Shown: piece by piece, positions 12,170 through 22,556 of the stretch
Layout: each line of letters starts with the position of its first letter
How positions within the stretch are numbered: the first letter of the stretch is position 1
Assembly: GCA_013239625.1 (NCBI GenBank)
Contig: MU054400.1
Location: 2,516,282 to 2,580,281, forward strand
Origin: Lama guanicoe
Taxonomy: Eukaryota
Length of the DNA stretch: 64,000 nucleotides
Reading direction: 5' to 3'
Translations under genes and position numbers: made by a program
The notes under the pieces: generated by a model
Database searches by the model: none
The model's input: only the letters and a program-made list of their open reading frames with translations
Told to the model about the DNA's origin: nothing

Positions 12170-12530
12170 AAGCAAAAGCCTTGGAGATGTCCCCTTCGGG
12201 TGTTTGTATTCTATTCCAGGAACTGTGGAAGCTGCTGGGAGATCTTCACTAAAGGAGCAGGCATGGGTAGTGGCAATTTGGAAAAAGGTGTGAAGCATCA
12301 AAGATGATTTGATTGTCATTTGCTGAGATAGACAATCTCAGAGATTAGCAGTTTGATGGGGCGGGCTGAGCGGAAGAGTCTGGGGATCCAAGCATGTGGG
12401 GCAGTGGAGAAGGAAGCTTGAGTGAGTTCAGATCATGGCCCTTAGAAATCAGGCTGGAGACAGAAATGTGAGTTGACAGCACGTAGACATTTAGAGTGAA
12501 CAGGAGAAAATGGTCCAAGGTTAATCCTAA
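12170..12530 (-). mobile_element. L2 fragment
   Basis: gggatccaagc...caggctggagacagaaatgtgagttgacagcacgtagac. Confidence 0.55.
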
Positions 12531-13544
12531 GAGCTCTGACATTTCATTATGAGGATTAAGTGGATGACACATTTAAAGCCCCCAGTGCAGTGCCTGGAAC
12601 AGAGCAGGCACTCAATACGTGTTAGTTTTCTTCCTCTCAAGAGACACTTGTTAAATGAGCTGATTGTCAGCAATTAATCCCAAGTGAGACTGACATTTAA
12701 GGATGAATCTGCAAATAGGATCACAAAGCTAATTCAGAATACTAGCCATTGCACACATGTTGAGTTACACAAATGAAAGTGTTTCAAGAAAGGAAATTCT
12801 GTTCCTGTACCCACCGTGGGAACCGCAGATGGTCTCCGGTGCCTCTTCCCTGGTGGGTCCAGTGGAGACGGGGGAGAGGGGTGCAGATGCCGGTTCGCTC
12901 CCCAGCTCACCTACGAGAATACTTTATACTGTCTGAGAGTGCCTTATGGGTCCTGCTGACTGGGCGTGGACAAACCCATTTCAAAGGATCTGTTTCCACC
13001 TTCCACTCTGCCCCTCCCTGTTTGTCCCACCCTAGGCCCTAGGGTGGACCTCAAAAGGATAGACAATAGGAACATCTAAATTTTCAGCTCTGGGAAAAAA
13101 AAAATTAATCCCTAGCAGCTTCTGTGGGACATTCCTGGTTTGGAAATTTGCTGAAGAGGCTCCTTCTAGCCGTTCCCGTCCTATCATGCCCCTTTCTTCA
13201 ATGATAAGAATCAATTTGCCTTTTCTAGGGGAGATCTGGCTCACTATTATCTTTTGTGTTACTAAAGCTTATTGACTAGGGAATTTCAGGTGCTGTTCTG
13301 AAGGTGAGTGAGAGTGGAGTGCAGTAACTTCGTCCTAGAGTTCGGGCTTTAACGAATGGGAGGAGATTGGAGAAGACTGGGAGGGGAACTAGCGTGGAGC
13401 CCCACAGCTGATCCTGCCTTGTTCATGCTGAGGTGCCTACTGGATACCCACATGCAGGGGTTAAGGAGGCAAGCGAATTTATGCAGCTGGGGCTACAGCA
13501 AAGTCAGAACTGAAGATAGAAATTTAGGACTTACCTTCCTTTAA

Positions 13545-14020
13545 ATCAAGTGTGATTAACTTTTTAAGCCATGGACCCCTTTGATAGTCTGGTGAAACCG
13601 CTTTCTCAGACTCTCCTTTCTCAGAATGAGGTTTTTAAATGCATAAAATAAAATACATAAGATTACAAAAGAAGCCATCTTAAAATACAATTGTTTTAAA
13701 AGTTGTGATAAAGTAATAGAATATCCTCCTGTATTAATATATTAAATAACAGATCTCGTGGGTAAATCTGTTAATGACTTGAGATCTGAGAAATTAAAAA
13801 CCATAATTTCAAAGCAATAAAAAAGGAAATTCTTTAGCTATCTGGAACAATTGTAATGTAATATGAAAGTGCTTGTGACCTCTGTTGGTGATGAAGCCAA
13901 AGGAACTGCCGTGCTATGAGCTTAGACTCCTTTGTTTATGGATTTCAGTTAGAGATTAGTGAAAATAGGATATTTTCCTCCATCCAAGTTAATGGATGCT
14001 CCGAATGGCATTTAAAACCA
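13545..14020. mobile_element. hAT-Charlie element (Charlie4a-like)
   Basis: gccatggacccctttgatagtctggtgaa...ttctcagaatgaggtttttaaatgcataaataaaatacataagattacaaa. Confidence 0.7.
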
Positions 14021-14159
14021 CAGAACACAATGAAATCAACTAGTATATAGACAAAGAACACAGCAAACTGGCTGCCTGGAGATGATGTGGTTGTTAATCC
14101 CGGGTCAGGCTGCTGCCAGCGAGGGGGGAATGTCCCCTTCTACCTCCTTCTGGTGGCCT

Positions 14160-14830
14160 AGTGGCCAGCCTTGCTTGAGAATTGTAGAGGAGGAGGCAGT
14201 TTTCCTCAGCCTTCTTAGGGCCCCTAGCTGGGTTTAGAAATTAAACAGAGACAGATTAACAGGAGAAAGGCATACAATTTTATTGAATTTTTACTGTTTA
14301 TAAGAGAATGAAGGCATGAAGAAGTGACCAGAGTAGGAAGTGTTCACACCTTTTCGACAAGGAAACAATAAATTTGTGAAGAATTGACAAGACAAAGGGG
14401 TTTGGGCGAGGGAGTCGTCCAACTAAGGCTGGTTAGTTCTTCTCTTCCTTAACTGGGAAGATAAGGGTTAGTTTAACAACATTTATCTGCAGATTCCACT
14501 AGTTGGTCTCTGGGCTGGTAAGTGTCTGTCTCCAGTCAGAAGGGAATAAATAAATTAATAACCTGTCTTTAGGCAGAAAAAGGGGAGCCTTTCTGCATTT
14601 ACTGCTTCTTAATTGCTTTCAGCTCAGAATTATTTTTATGTCAAAGAGGCATATTTGGGGGTGAAATATTCTAATTTCCTTCAGAATCATCTGGAAAGTT
14701 AAAAGTGCGTATTTCCAGACCTCATCTCCAGAGAGTCCAATCTGTTGTATTGGATTAAGATGGGACACAGCAATGTGCGTTTTCAACAATTGATCAACTC
14801 GAGGCTGACTATCCTTGGAGAAATGTTGCC
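14160..14830. mobile_element. MER5-like hAT MITE interrupted by the LTR
   Basis: gagaat|catctggaaagttaaaa...cagcaatgtgcgttttcaacaa. Confidence 0.5.
14183..14683 (-). mobile_element. ERV1 solo LTR (MER34/MER39-like)
   Basis: TG...CA ends, perfect 4-bp TSD gaat (14179-14182 / 14684-14687); minus strand starts tgaaggaaattagaatatttcaccccc; related copy at 37530-38975. Confidence 0.9.
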
Positions 14831-14914
14831 TCAGAGGGTGAATAGGGGAGAAATGGGGAGGTAAAACAGGGTGTGAGTGGAGCACAGTGGGGGAGGGGAA
14901 CTGGCAATGAAGTG

Positions 14915-15130
14915 GGAGAGGAAATTAGCCAGATCCTAAAGCTGGGTTAAAGAATTTTATTTTATTTAACGTGATGGGAACCCACTGGAGGATTTTAAGG
15001 TGGGGAATGGATGAGATTTGATTTACATCGATGACTGCTTTACAGAGAATGGATTGGGGTTGGAAACAGGAAAAATGCTAGGAGCCTATTGGAACAAGTC
15101 CAAGACGAGGGACTGAGCAGGGGAGATGGC
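14915..15130 (-). mobile_element. L2 fragment
   Basis: gatgggaacccactggaggattttaagg...agagaatggattgg. Confidence 0.65.
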
Positions 15131-15735
15131 AGGAGTAGCAGCATCGCTGAGAGAGGCTAGAGGAGCTGGGTGCTTTGTGGGAGAGGGTCAGTCCTGCTGT
15201 TGGAGCAGCTGCGGGCTGTGAAGGAAAGACAAGAGTCAAGGCGAGTGCTGGGTCCCCCACTAACTCAGATCTTCTCTCTCACTTTGAGCACCACCAGACA
15301 CAGTCAACTCACTTCCCCAGGCCTCAAAACCTGCCCTCTCCTCCTCCCTCCATCCAAATCCACAAAGGCAGTCTCATCACTCCCCTTCTTAAGATTCTTA
15401 GGTGAGTCCCTAATTGCCATTAGACCAAAGCCCACATTCCTTAGGGAAAGGGAAAGGAATGACAGGTTAAGTACTTTTTCTACATTGAATCCTCATTTAA
15501 TCCCTCCCAGAATTCCATAAGGAAGTGATTATCCCTATTTTATGGGTAATACACTGCATCCAGAGGTGAAAGAATTTACCCAGGATGACAGGGTCACAGA
15601 GCCATTAAACGCCAGGTGCTCGTTCACAAGAAGCCAATGGTTTCCAAACATGGCGGCCATAACAGGGGCTCTGGCTGCGGGGTGGTGAACTCCCAGGGCA
15701 ACAGTTTCTAAATTTCCTGGAAGGAGGTGACTTTC

Positions 15736-17110
15736 CTTTTTTTTTTTTTAAAGATAGACTTTATTTTTTAGAGCAGTTCTACATTCATAGCAAAATTGAG
15801 TGGACAGTACAGAGATTTCCCACATACCTTCTGTCTCTACATATGCACAGCCTTCCCCATTATCAGCCTCCCCCAATGGAGTGTTGCATTTATGACAGCT
15901 GGCGAACCTGCGCTGACACGCCATCGTCACCGGAGTCCATAGTTTACATTAGGGTTCACTCTTGGTGGTGTACATTGTATGGGTTTGGACATATGTAGAT
16001 TGACATGTAGCTACTGTTATATAATATCACACAGAGTAGTTTCAGTGCCCTTAAATTCCTTGGCGCTCTGTCTTACCGTTCCTTCCTCTCGCTCGCCCTG
16101 GCAACCACTGATCTTTTTCTGTCTCCATAGTTTTGCCTTTCCCAAGAAAGGCATATAATTGGATTCATAGCGTGTAGTCTTTTCAGATTGGCTTCTTTCA
16201 CTTAGCATGCATTTAGTGTTCCTTCATATCTTTTCATGGCTTGATAGCTCATTTCTTTTTAGTGCTGAATAATATTCCATTATCTGAATATACTTAAGTT
16301 TATTTATCCATTCACCTACTGAAGTACGTCTTGTCTGCTTCCAAGTTTGGGAATTAAGAGTCAAGCTGCTATAAACACCCATGTGCAGGTTTTTCTGTTG
16401 ACATTAGTTTGCAAAGCCATTGAGTTAATGGGTGATTACTTGATAATATGGTTAAAAATGTTCAGTTTTGTAAGAAATCACCAAAGTGGCTTCATCATTT
16501 TGCATTTCCTCTTGCTCCACATCCTTATCAATATTTGACGTTTTCAGTGTTCTGAATTTTCACCATTTTAATAGGTGTGTAGTGGTATCTCATTGTTTTA
16601 ATTTGCATTTCTCCGATGACCTGCAACGTGGAGCACCATCTCATGTTTATTTGCCATCTATATATCCTCTTCGGTGAGGTGTCCGTTAAGGTCTCTGGCC
16701 CATCTTTTAATCAGTTGTTTGTTTTCTTATAGTTAACTTTTAAGAGTTCTTTGAATATTTTAGATAACAGTCCTTTATCAGATACGCCTTTTGCAAATAT
16801 TGTCTCCCAGTCTGTGGCTTATCTTTTCATGCTCGGAGTCTGTCACAATGCAGGAAAATCTAATTTTAGTGAAGTCCAGCTCATCAATGACTTCTTTCAT
16901 GGCTCAAGCCTTTGGTGTTGTATCTAAAAAGTCATTGCCAAACCCAAGGCCATCCAGGTTTTAATCGGTGTTATCCTGCAGGAATTTTATAGTGTTGCAT
17001 TTTACGCTTAGGTCTGTGATCTATTTGGAGTTAATTTTGGTGAAGCACATAAGCTCTGTGTCTGGGTTCCTTTTCAGTGTGCGTGGAGCTCAGCGGTCCG
17101 AGCACCACAT
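15736..17110 (-). mobile_element. L1MC1-like LINE, 3' ~1.4 kb
   Basis: Poly-T tail then tagactttattttttagagcagtt...gtccatagtttacattagggttcactcttgg, running into degraded ORF2 end. Confidence 0.85.
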
Positions 17111-17429
17111 GGTAGGCTGTGGTGTGTTGTGTTGACCACAGTCGGGCACATTTATAGCTGTGACAGAAGATCAGCCAAGGCATCTCTGTAGAGGTTTCTT
17201 GAAGGAGTGTGTGGTCTTAAAGGAGACACTGTGTCTCTTTAAGCACCTTCCAGCTTTCCTGCAGGGTGATAAAAAAATACAACAGAATATCAGGAGAGCA
17301 CCTATCCTGGGAGGAAGCCTGGTGGGGTGGAAATGTTCTGTCCCTTGATCTGGGTGATGGTGGCCTGTCAAAATTTGTGTACTGTATGGATGTCATGTCT
17401 CAATTACAAAAATAATAGAGGGAGTGCGT

Positions 17430-17560
17430 AGGTTGAGAGACTGGGCTCAGGTAAATCTGAGTCTGAACCTCCGGCTATGTGAGTTGGACGGGTCACTTCC
17501 CTGCCTCCAGACCTCAGTTTTCTCACCTGTAAAATGGATATTATAGCTTCTACCCTTAGT
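17430..17560 (+). mobile_element. MIR SINE
   Basis: cctcagttttctcacctgtaaaatggata. Confidence 0.7.
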
Positions 17561-17952
17561 TATATAATGTAAAGTTTGGCAAATCTTAAGATTAAGAGTT
17601 CAATAACTTGTAAAGGAGTTAATTCTTCTTTGCTTATGTTATCACTGAAGACAGGATGATGGAAATACACTTTATCAGGGACATTTCCATTAGAGACCAC
17701 CAAAAATGTTTTGTTAGTGAAAAGGAGCTATATGTCCCAGCCAGCCAGGAGAGGGGGACCCACTCTGATGCAACATTAATCATGTGACCTCTTGGGACAA
17801 GGCAATAAACTTCTTTTTAGTTCCATTTTTCTTTTCTGTAAGATAAGGGCAAAAATCTCTGCAGCTGCTGTTAATGATATGAAATAGGGAAAGCGTGAGT
17901 CAAAATCCTGATACCAGGACTGTCATCCGAGGAGGGAATCAGAGAATCATGG

Positions 17953-17970
17953 TGGTGCCCCCTGGCGGGA
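17953..17970 (-). promoter_or_regulatory. CTCF motif (reverse)
   Basis: Minus strand TCCCGCCAGGGGGCACCA, close to consensus CCRCYAGRKGGCRS. Confidence 0.6.
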
Positions 17971-18809
17971 GCTCTGTTATCACCACATGGAGGGATACGC
18001 TGAAATCTCCTTTTTTCTTTTTTCTAATTATCCAAGATTCTGCCTGGATTGGAAGAGCTCAGCTGAGGGCGAGACTATTTCACACACCCTGGGTGTCAAA
18101 TCTCTTCCTCTTGGGGGATTTCCTGATAGTTTTAAGTGTGTCGCTGAAGCAGTAGGCGATGTCCCAGAGCAAACTCTGTCTTTTGTTGTTGCTTGGTGTA
18201 GGGTGTTAAGGGACTGCGTTCTCTGGAAGTTGTTCAAAAGCAGTCCAGGAAATAGTTTTAGAGCACGTCGCGATTCTGGTAGGGTTCTGAGAAGAGCGGG
18301 ATTAGGGAACAGGAAAAAGGCAATCAGTTGAAAAGAATTGTGGACTTTAAAAGTATCATTAGATGTGTATGTTATGCTTTCTCCAAAGTCAGAAAGAGTA
18401 AGTGTGATGGAGTGAGAATCAGTTAATCATAAAGACGTCCAGCTGCCAACGTTCCCAGCCCCCACCAGCTGCTAATTCTTTATTCCCCTGAGGCTGAAGG
18501 TCTGTGACTTAACCAAATCCATAAAGTGTTTCTAGTTTTCAGTTTTATGTTTCAAAAATAACTTAGCCAGATCGTACTTTAGGAAAACGTCAGGCCATTG
18601 GACCATACATTTAGGACTAGATTAAGCTCTGGGGGTTTCAAGTAGCCAATAAAACTACAGAGTCCACACTGTCAGAGTTGTTGGAAGATCACAGGTCGTG
18701 ACCAGAACACCGTGCAAAGCAGCCCCTTTACTCGCACATCCTGGGATCTCAGTGCCAAGGGGAATCAAGTCTTCCATGACAACTGGGTTTTAAGAGAAAT
18801 CAGACTTTC

Positions 18810-18999
18810 GTGACTTTTGGGCTGGATAATTCTGTGGTATGGGAGCTGCTCTGTGCCTTGTAGATTCTTGCCTACATCCTGGGCTCTCCCCACTGGATGC
18901 CAGTAGCCCCCTACCCCACCGTGTCACAATCAGAAATATCTCCAGACTCTGCCAAGTGCCTCCTCAGAGGCAAAAATCACCCCTAGCTGAGAATCACTG
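18810..18999 (+). mobile_element. MER20 (hAT-Charlie)
   Basis: ttttgggctggataattct...cccactggatgccagtagc...aaaatcacccctagctgagaatcactg. Confidence 0.85.
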
Positions 19000-19419
19000 C
19001 GTAAATAAAGACTCAAGATACAATAGCATCTTATGCAATTTTGTTGTGATTTTGTTTTGGGGAAGACTGTTTTAGCTGGAGCATCTCACAGAGACTAGGG
19101 TAAGAGGAGGAAAAAGTAGTCTTAAGTCAGGCTGGGCTGGAACATTGTGTTCTGGATTGGTCCTCAGAGATCATTGGTTAAACTTCATTTTACAGCGAAG
19201 CAGACCATTTATCAAGGCAGAGTCTGTGATCTGGAAAACACTGGAAAACTCCCATGGACTCCCCCCCCCTTTTCTGAGATTAAATCCACTTAAAGAGTTA
19301 AAGAAGAATCGTATTAAAATTTATAACCTAAACATAAAGAAAGTAGTGTTTCATGCACAGCCTTCTGCATGGTTACAGTGGGCAATGTGTTCTGTTCAAC
19401 TCAATATAATACTCACTTC

Positions 19420-19650
19420 TTCTCGAGGACTAATGAACATGCCAGGCCTGGAGCGAAGTGCTTTAAACTTAGTGAATCATTCAAGTGTTGCAGCAACCCA
19501 GCAGGGTAGATACTCTCACCATCCTCATTTTAAAGATAAGGAAATTGAGGCTTAGTGAGGTTGAGTTGCCGAAGTCCAAGCCTTGTGAATGGTGGGCCTG
19601 GGGTACAAATTCAGGTGGCAGACTCCAGAGTCCACTCTTCTAATCACTCG
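19420..19650 (-). mobile_element. MIR SINE
   Basis: catcctcattttaaagataaggaaattgaggcttagtgaggttgagttgcc. Confidence 0.75.
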
Positions 19651-19845
19651 GCTCAGTGGCCTAGCAGGAGGGGAAGAATTTTCTAATAGGTAAATTTGGC
19701 TGCCCTGAGGAGGACTGGATTCCTGTGAGCAGAAGGGCAGGATGAGTTGAAGGGGTTCTCGTACAGGGTGTAAAGTCTGTTTATATGGAGGACTCACCGA
19801 ACTCAGCTCTGATAATCTATGCTCGAGGGGCTAAAAACAGAAATG

Positions 19846-20474
19846 CAGTTGATTCTTATTACTCAGATTCTGTATTTGCAAATTCACCTATTTGCTAAAA
19901 TTTACTTGGACTCTTGTGTCATTTGTGGATGTGTGTGGACTGGAGAGAAATTTCGGCTGCGCGTTCTCAGCTGAGGTCAGGCGAGATGACATTTCTTATT
20001 TCCGCTGTCATACTGTGAGCAAGTGTCATTTCCCCATCTTTTTCATGCCACGTTTTTTTGCATTTTTATGCAAAAATGCATTTTTTCTCTTTTTTGGTGA
20101 TTTTGCTATTTAAAATAGCCCTCAACCCTAGTGCTACCGTGCTGCCTAGTGTTGTTCCCAAGGGCAAAGCAGGCTGTGATGTGCCCTGGAGAGAAGAGAC
20201 GTGAGTTAGACAAGCTGTCTTCAGGCATGAGTTACAGCGCTGTTGGCTGTAAATTCAGCATTAATGGATCAACCGGATGTATTAAATAAGGGGTTTTTAG
20301 ACAGAAGCACACATAAAGCAAAGTTGTGTATTGATTGTTTGATGAAAATGTGACCACAGTTTCTCAGGAACTGAACTGTGTATTTCCTCTAGGAACAATG
20401 GTTCAGTATTTGCTAATTCAGTTTTCCTGGTGAATTTATAGACAATAATTACCACGAATTACAAGAATTGGCTG
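19846..20474 (+). mobile_element. MER82-like TcMar-Tigger element, near full length
   Basis: TIRs cagttgattcttatt / ttacaagaattggctg followed by TA; internal gtatttgcaaattcacctatttgctaaaatt. Confidence 0.8.
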
Positions 20475-21798
20475 TATTAAGCTTTATGCTGAAAAATATA
20501 CATTTTCAGCAGCAGTGGGAGGAGGCTTACAAGATGTGCTCTCCCCTCGGGGAAAATGTGCTGGCAAATTTGGTGCATCGTGGTGAGAATAATCAACATG
20601 CAGGAGTCATTTTACTTTGTTACATTAGATGGTTTAGAAGACGTTCCTTTTTAGGGCATCAGGCAGGTTTTATCTCATTTGACCCCAGATAGTAGTTGTA
20701 ATTTTTCACTCATATATTTTCTTTTGCTCATAGAAAATTTCTGCTGATTGTAGGAAATCCCATTTCAATTCCCACGTTGTGCTGGAAATGCACTTAGATA
20801 ACTGGTGGGTTTAGGAGATGCTCAAGAAAATGCCCCATATTCAAGTGATATGACTGAAATTGAATCACACAGAGGACACAAATGGTTTGCAAAAGCATTT
20901 GGAAGACGCCTGGGTGTGAAGGACTAAAGAAGTGGTAAGAAAACCAAACGGGCTGGTGTGAGGAACCTGGGATTGATTTCCTGGTCTTTCACTCCTGAGG
21001 TTAGCTTGGAACTTCAAGAAAAAACACTTTTCTCCAGGTGCCTCGGGGTCATTCCATCCGCCCTGCTGGCTGTACTAGTCACTCTCTCGCTCCTTTCCGG
21101 CTGAATAATGGATTGACTCATGGCCTGTTTGAAACTTGTGCTCTGCTTTTCTTGACCCAACCTTTGAGGTCTGAGGTCTAGGAAGGGAAAGGGCATCTCT
21201 CTGATGAGCTGGGGAGAAGAAAGGAGCTCCCTTCTGCATCCCCTCCTTCCTTCTGCAGACGCTGCCCTGGTCCAGTGAGACCAGTCTTGCCCCCACCACC
21301 CCACCATTTCCCAGCAAGGGGCCTTCCCTGACGGCATTGCCTGTAAGTCTCGTCCCTAGCAGGGTCTCCACCAAACAACGGGCCTGAATCTTGCAGGGCA
21401 TCCTGTCCTTTGCAGCCATGTGAAGCCAGGGCCTCTCTGAATCTGCAGTGAAAAAACATTTGCAGTTTCAAGGACAGATCTCAGGACTTTTAAATAACTG
21501 ACTGAGTTTGATGAGGATTATCTTTGAATCTGTGACCGCATCGCTACTGTTATCATTTTAGTAGAAGTATTCAGGTTCAGTATTGTTTTAGTAGAAAGTC
21601 TTCTAGTCTTTCTATTGTGTTTCCGTGTGGGACAGAAACGGTGTCCCCAGCAGAAGTTATGGCTCATGTGAGTTACAGGGAGGTGCACACACAGAAGCCA
21701 TGCAGCTGGCGAGGCCGGCTGGGGTCAGCTATCCCTGCTTCCCATTTGTGAGCAGCATAGAATGAACAACAGACAATGTATAGTTAGCAGTATTTTAA

Positions 21799-21900
21799 TT
21801 TAAATTAAATTTAATGTTTTAAATGGAGGTGCTGGGTATTGAACCCAGGACCTCCTGCATGCTAAGCATGTGCTCTACCACTGAGCTATACCCTCCCCTC
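21799..21900 (-). mobile_element. tRNA-Ala-derived SINE (Vic-1 type)
   Basis: Minus strand gggtatagctcagtggtagagcacatgcttagcatgcaggaggtcctgggttcaat...; 13-bp TSD agcagtattttaa (21786) / agcaatattttaa (21901). Confidence 0.9.
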
Positions 21901-22209
21901 AGCAATATTTTAAATAGAAGAAAAATTGCCTTGAGAGTTTCAAGGCAATGTGATCTGAAGGGCCCAAAACAAACAAACCAACAAACCCCACCGAAAGCCA
22001 AAAAATCCCCAAACCCGAAAGCAGGATGGGTGTGTCTATGCACCGGGGATTGCGGTGGGGGGGGGAGGGGGTTATGGTCTGATTACTTGCCCAGACAGAT
22101 ACTTCTGGGAAGAGTGATCTGTCCCCCTCCTCTGCTCCTGCACCCCACAACTGCCCTATGAGAAAGGAGGTCACCTCCCTAAGATCAAATGGGTGGGGAG
22201 GCTGGGCTG

Positions 22210-22446
22210 AAAATTCCCCCTTGGGGGCCATATCACCACACTGAGGACACATGGGATCTTGGAGGGGCTGTGAACCGATATTAGCTATTACAATGGTTTG
22301 GGGCCCTTCAAAGGAGCATAGCGTATCATCAGATACACAGTATATCTGTTGTACTAAAGTTTCATGGGAGAGATGCTCACGAGGAAAAATGTCTAAAAAG
22401 GCTCCTTAAGGGGGGCATTAATACAAAAAAAATTTGAAAAACACTG
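22210..22446 (-). mobile_element. MER112-like hAT-Charlie MITE
   Basis: aaaatgtctaaaaaggctccttaagggggg...tttgaaaaacactg; cagtatatctg; attacaatggtttg. Confidence 0.7.
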
Positions 22447-22539
22447 AGCTGATCACATCTCTCGGGCAGCACTTTTTCTTCCATGGATACATTATTTCAA
22501 ACATCTCTTATATGAAATCATGAGCCCCTGGTGCAGACG

Positions 22540-22556
22540 TGGCGCCCTCTGGGGTG
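22540..22556 (-). promoter_or_regulatory. CTCF motif (reverse)
   Basis: Minus strand CACCCCAGAGGGCGCCA. Confidence 0.5.
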
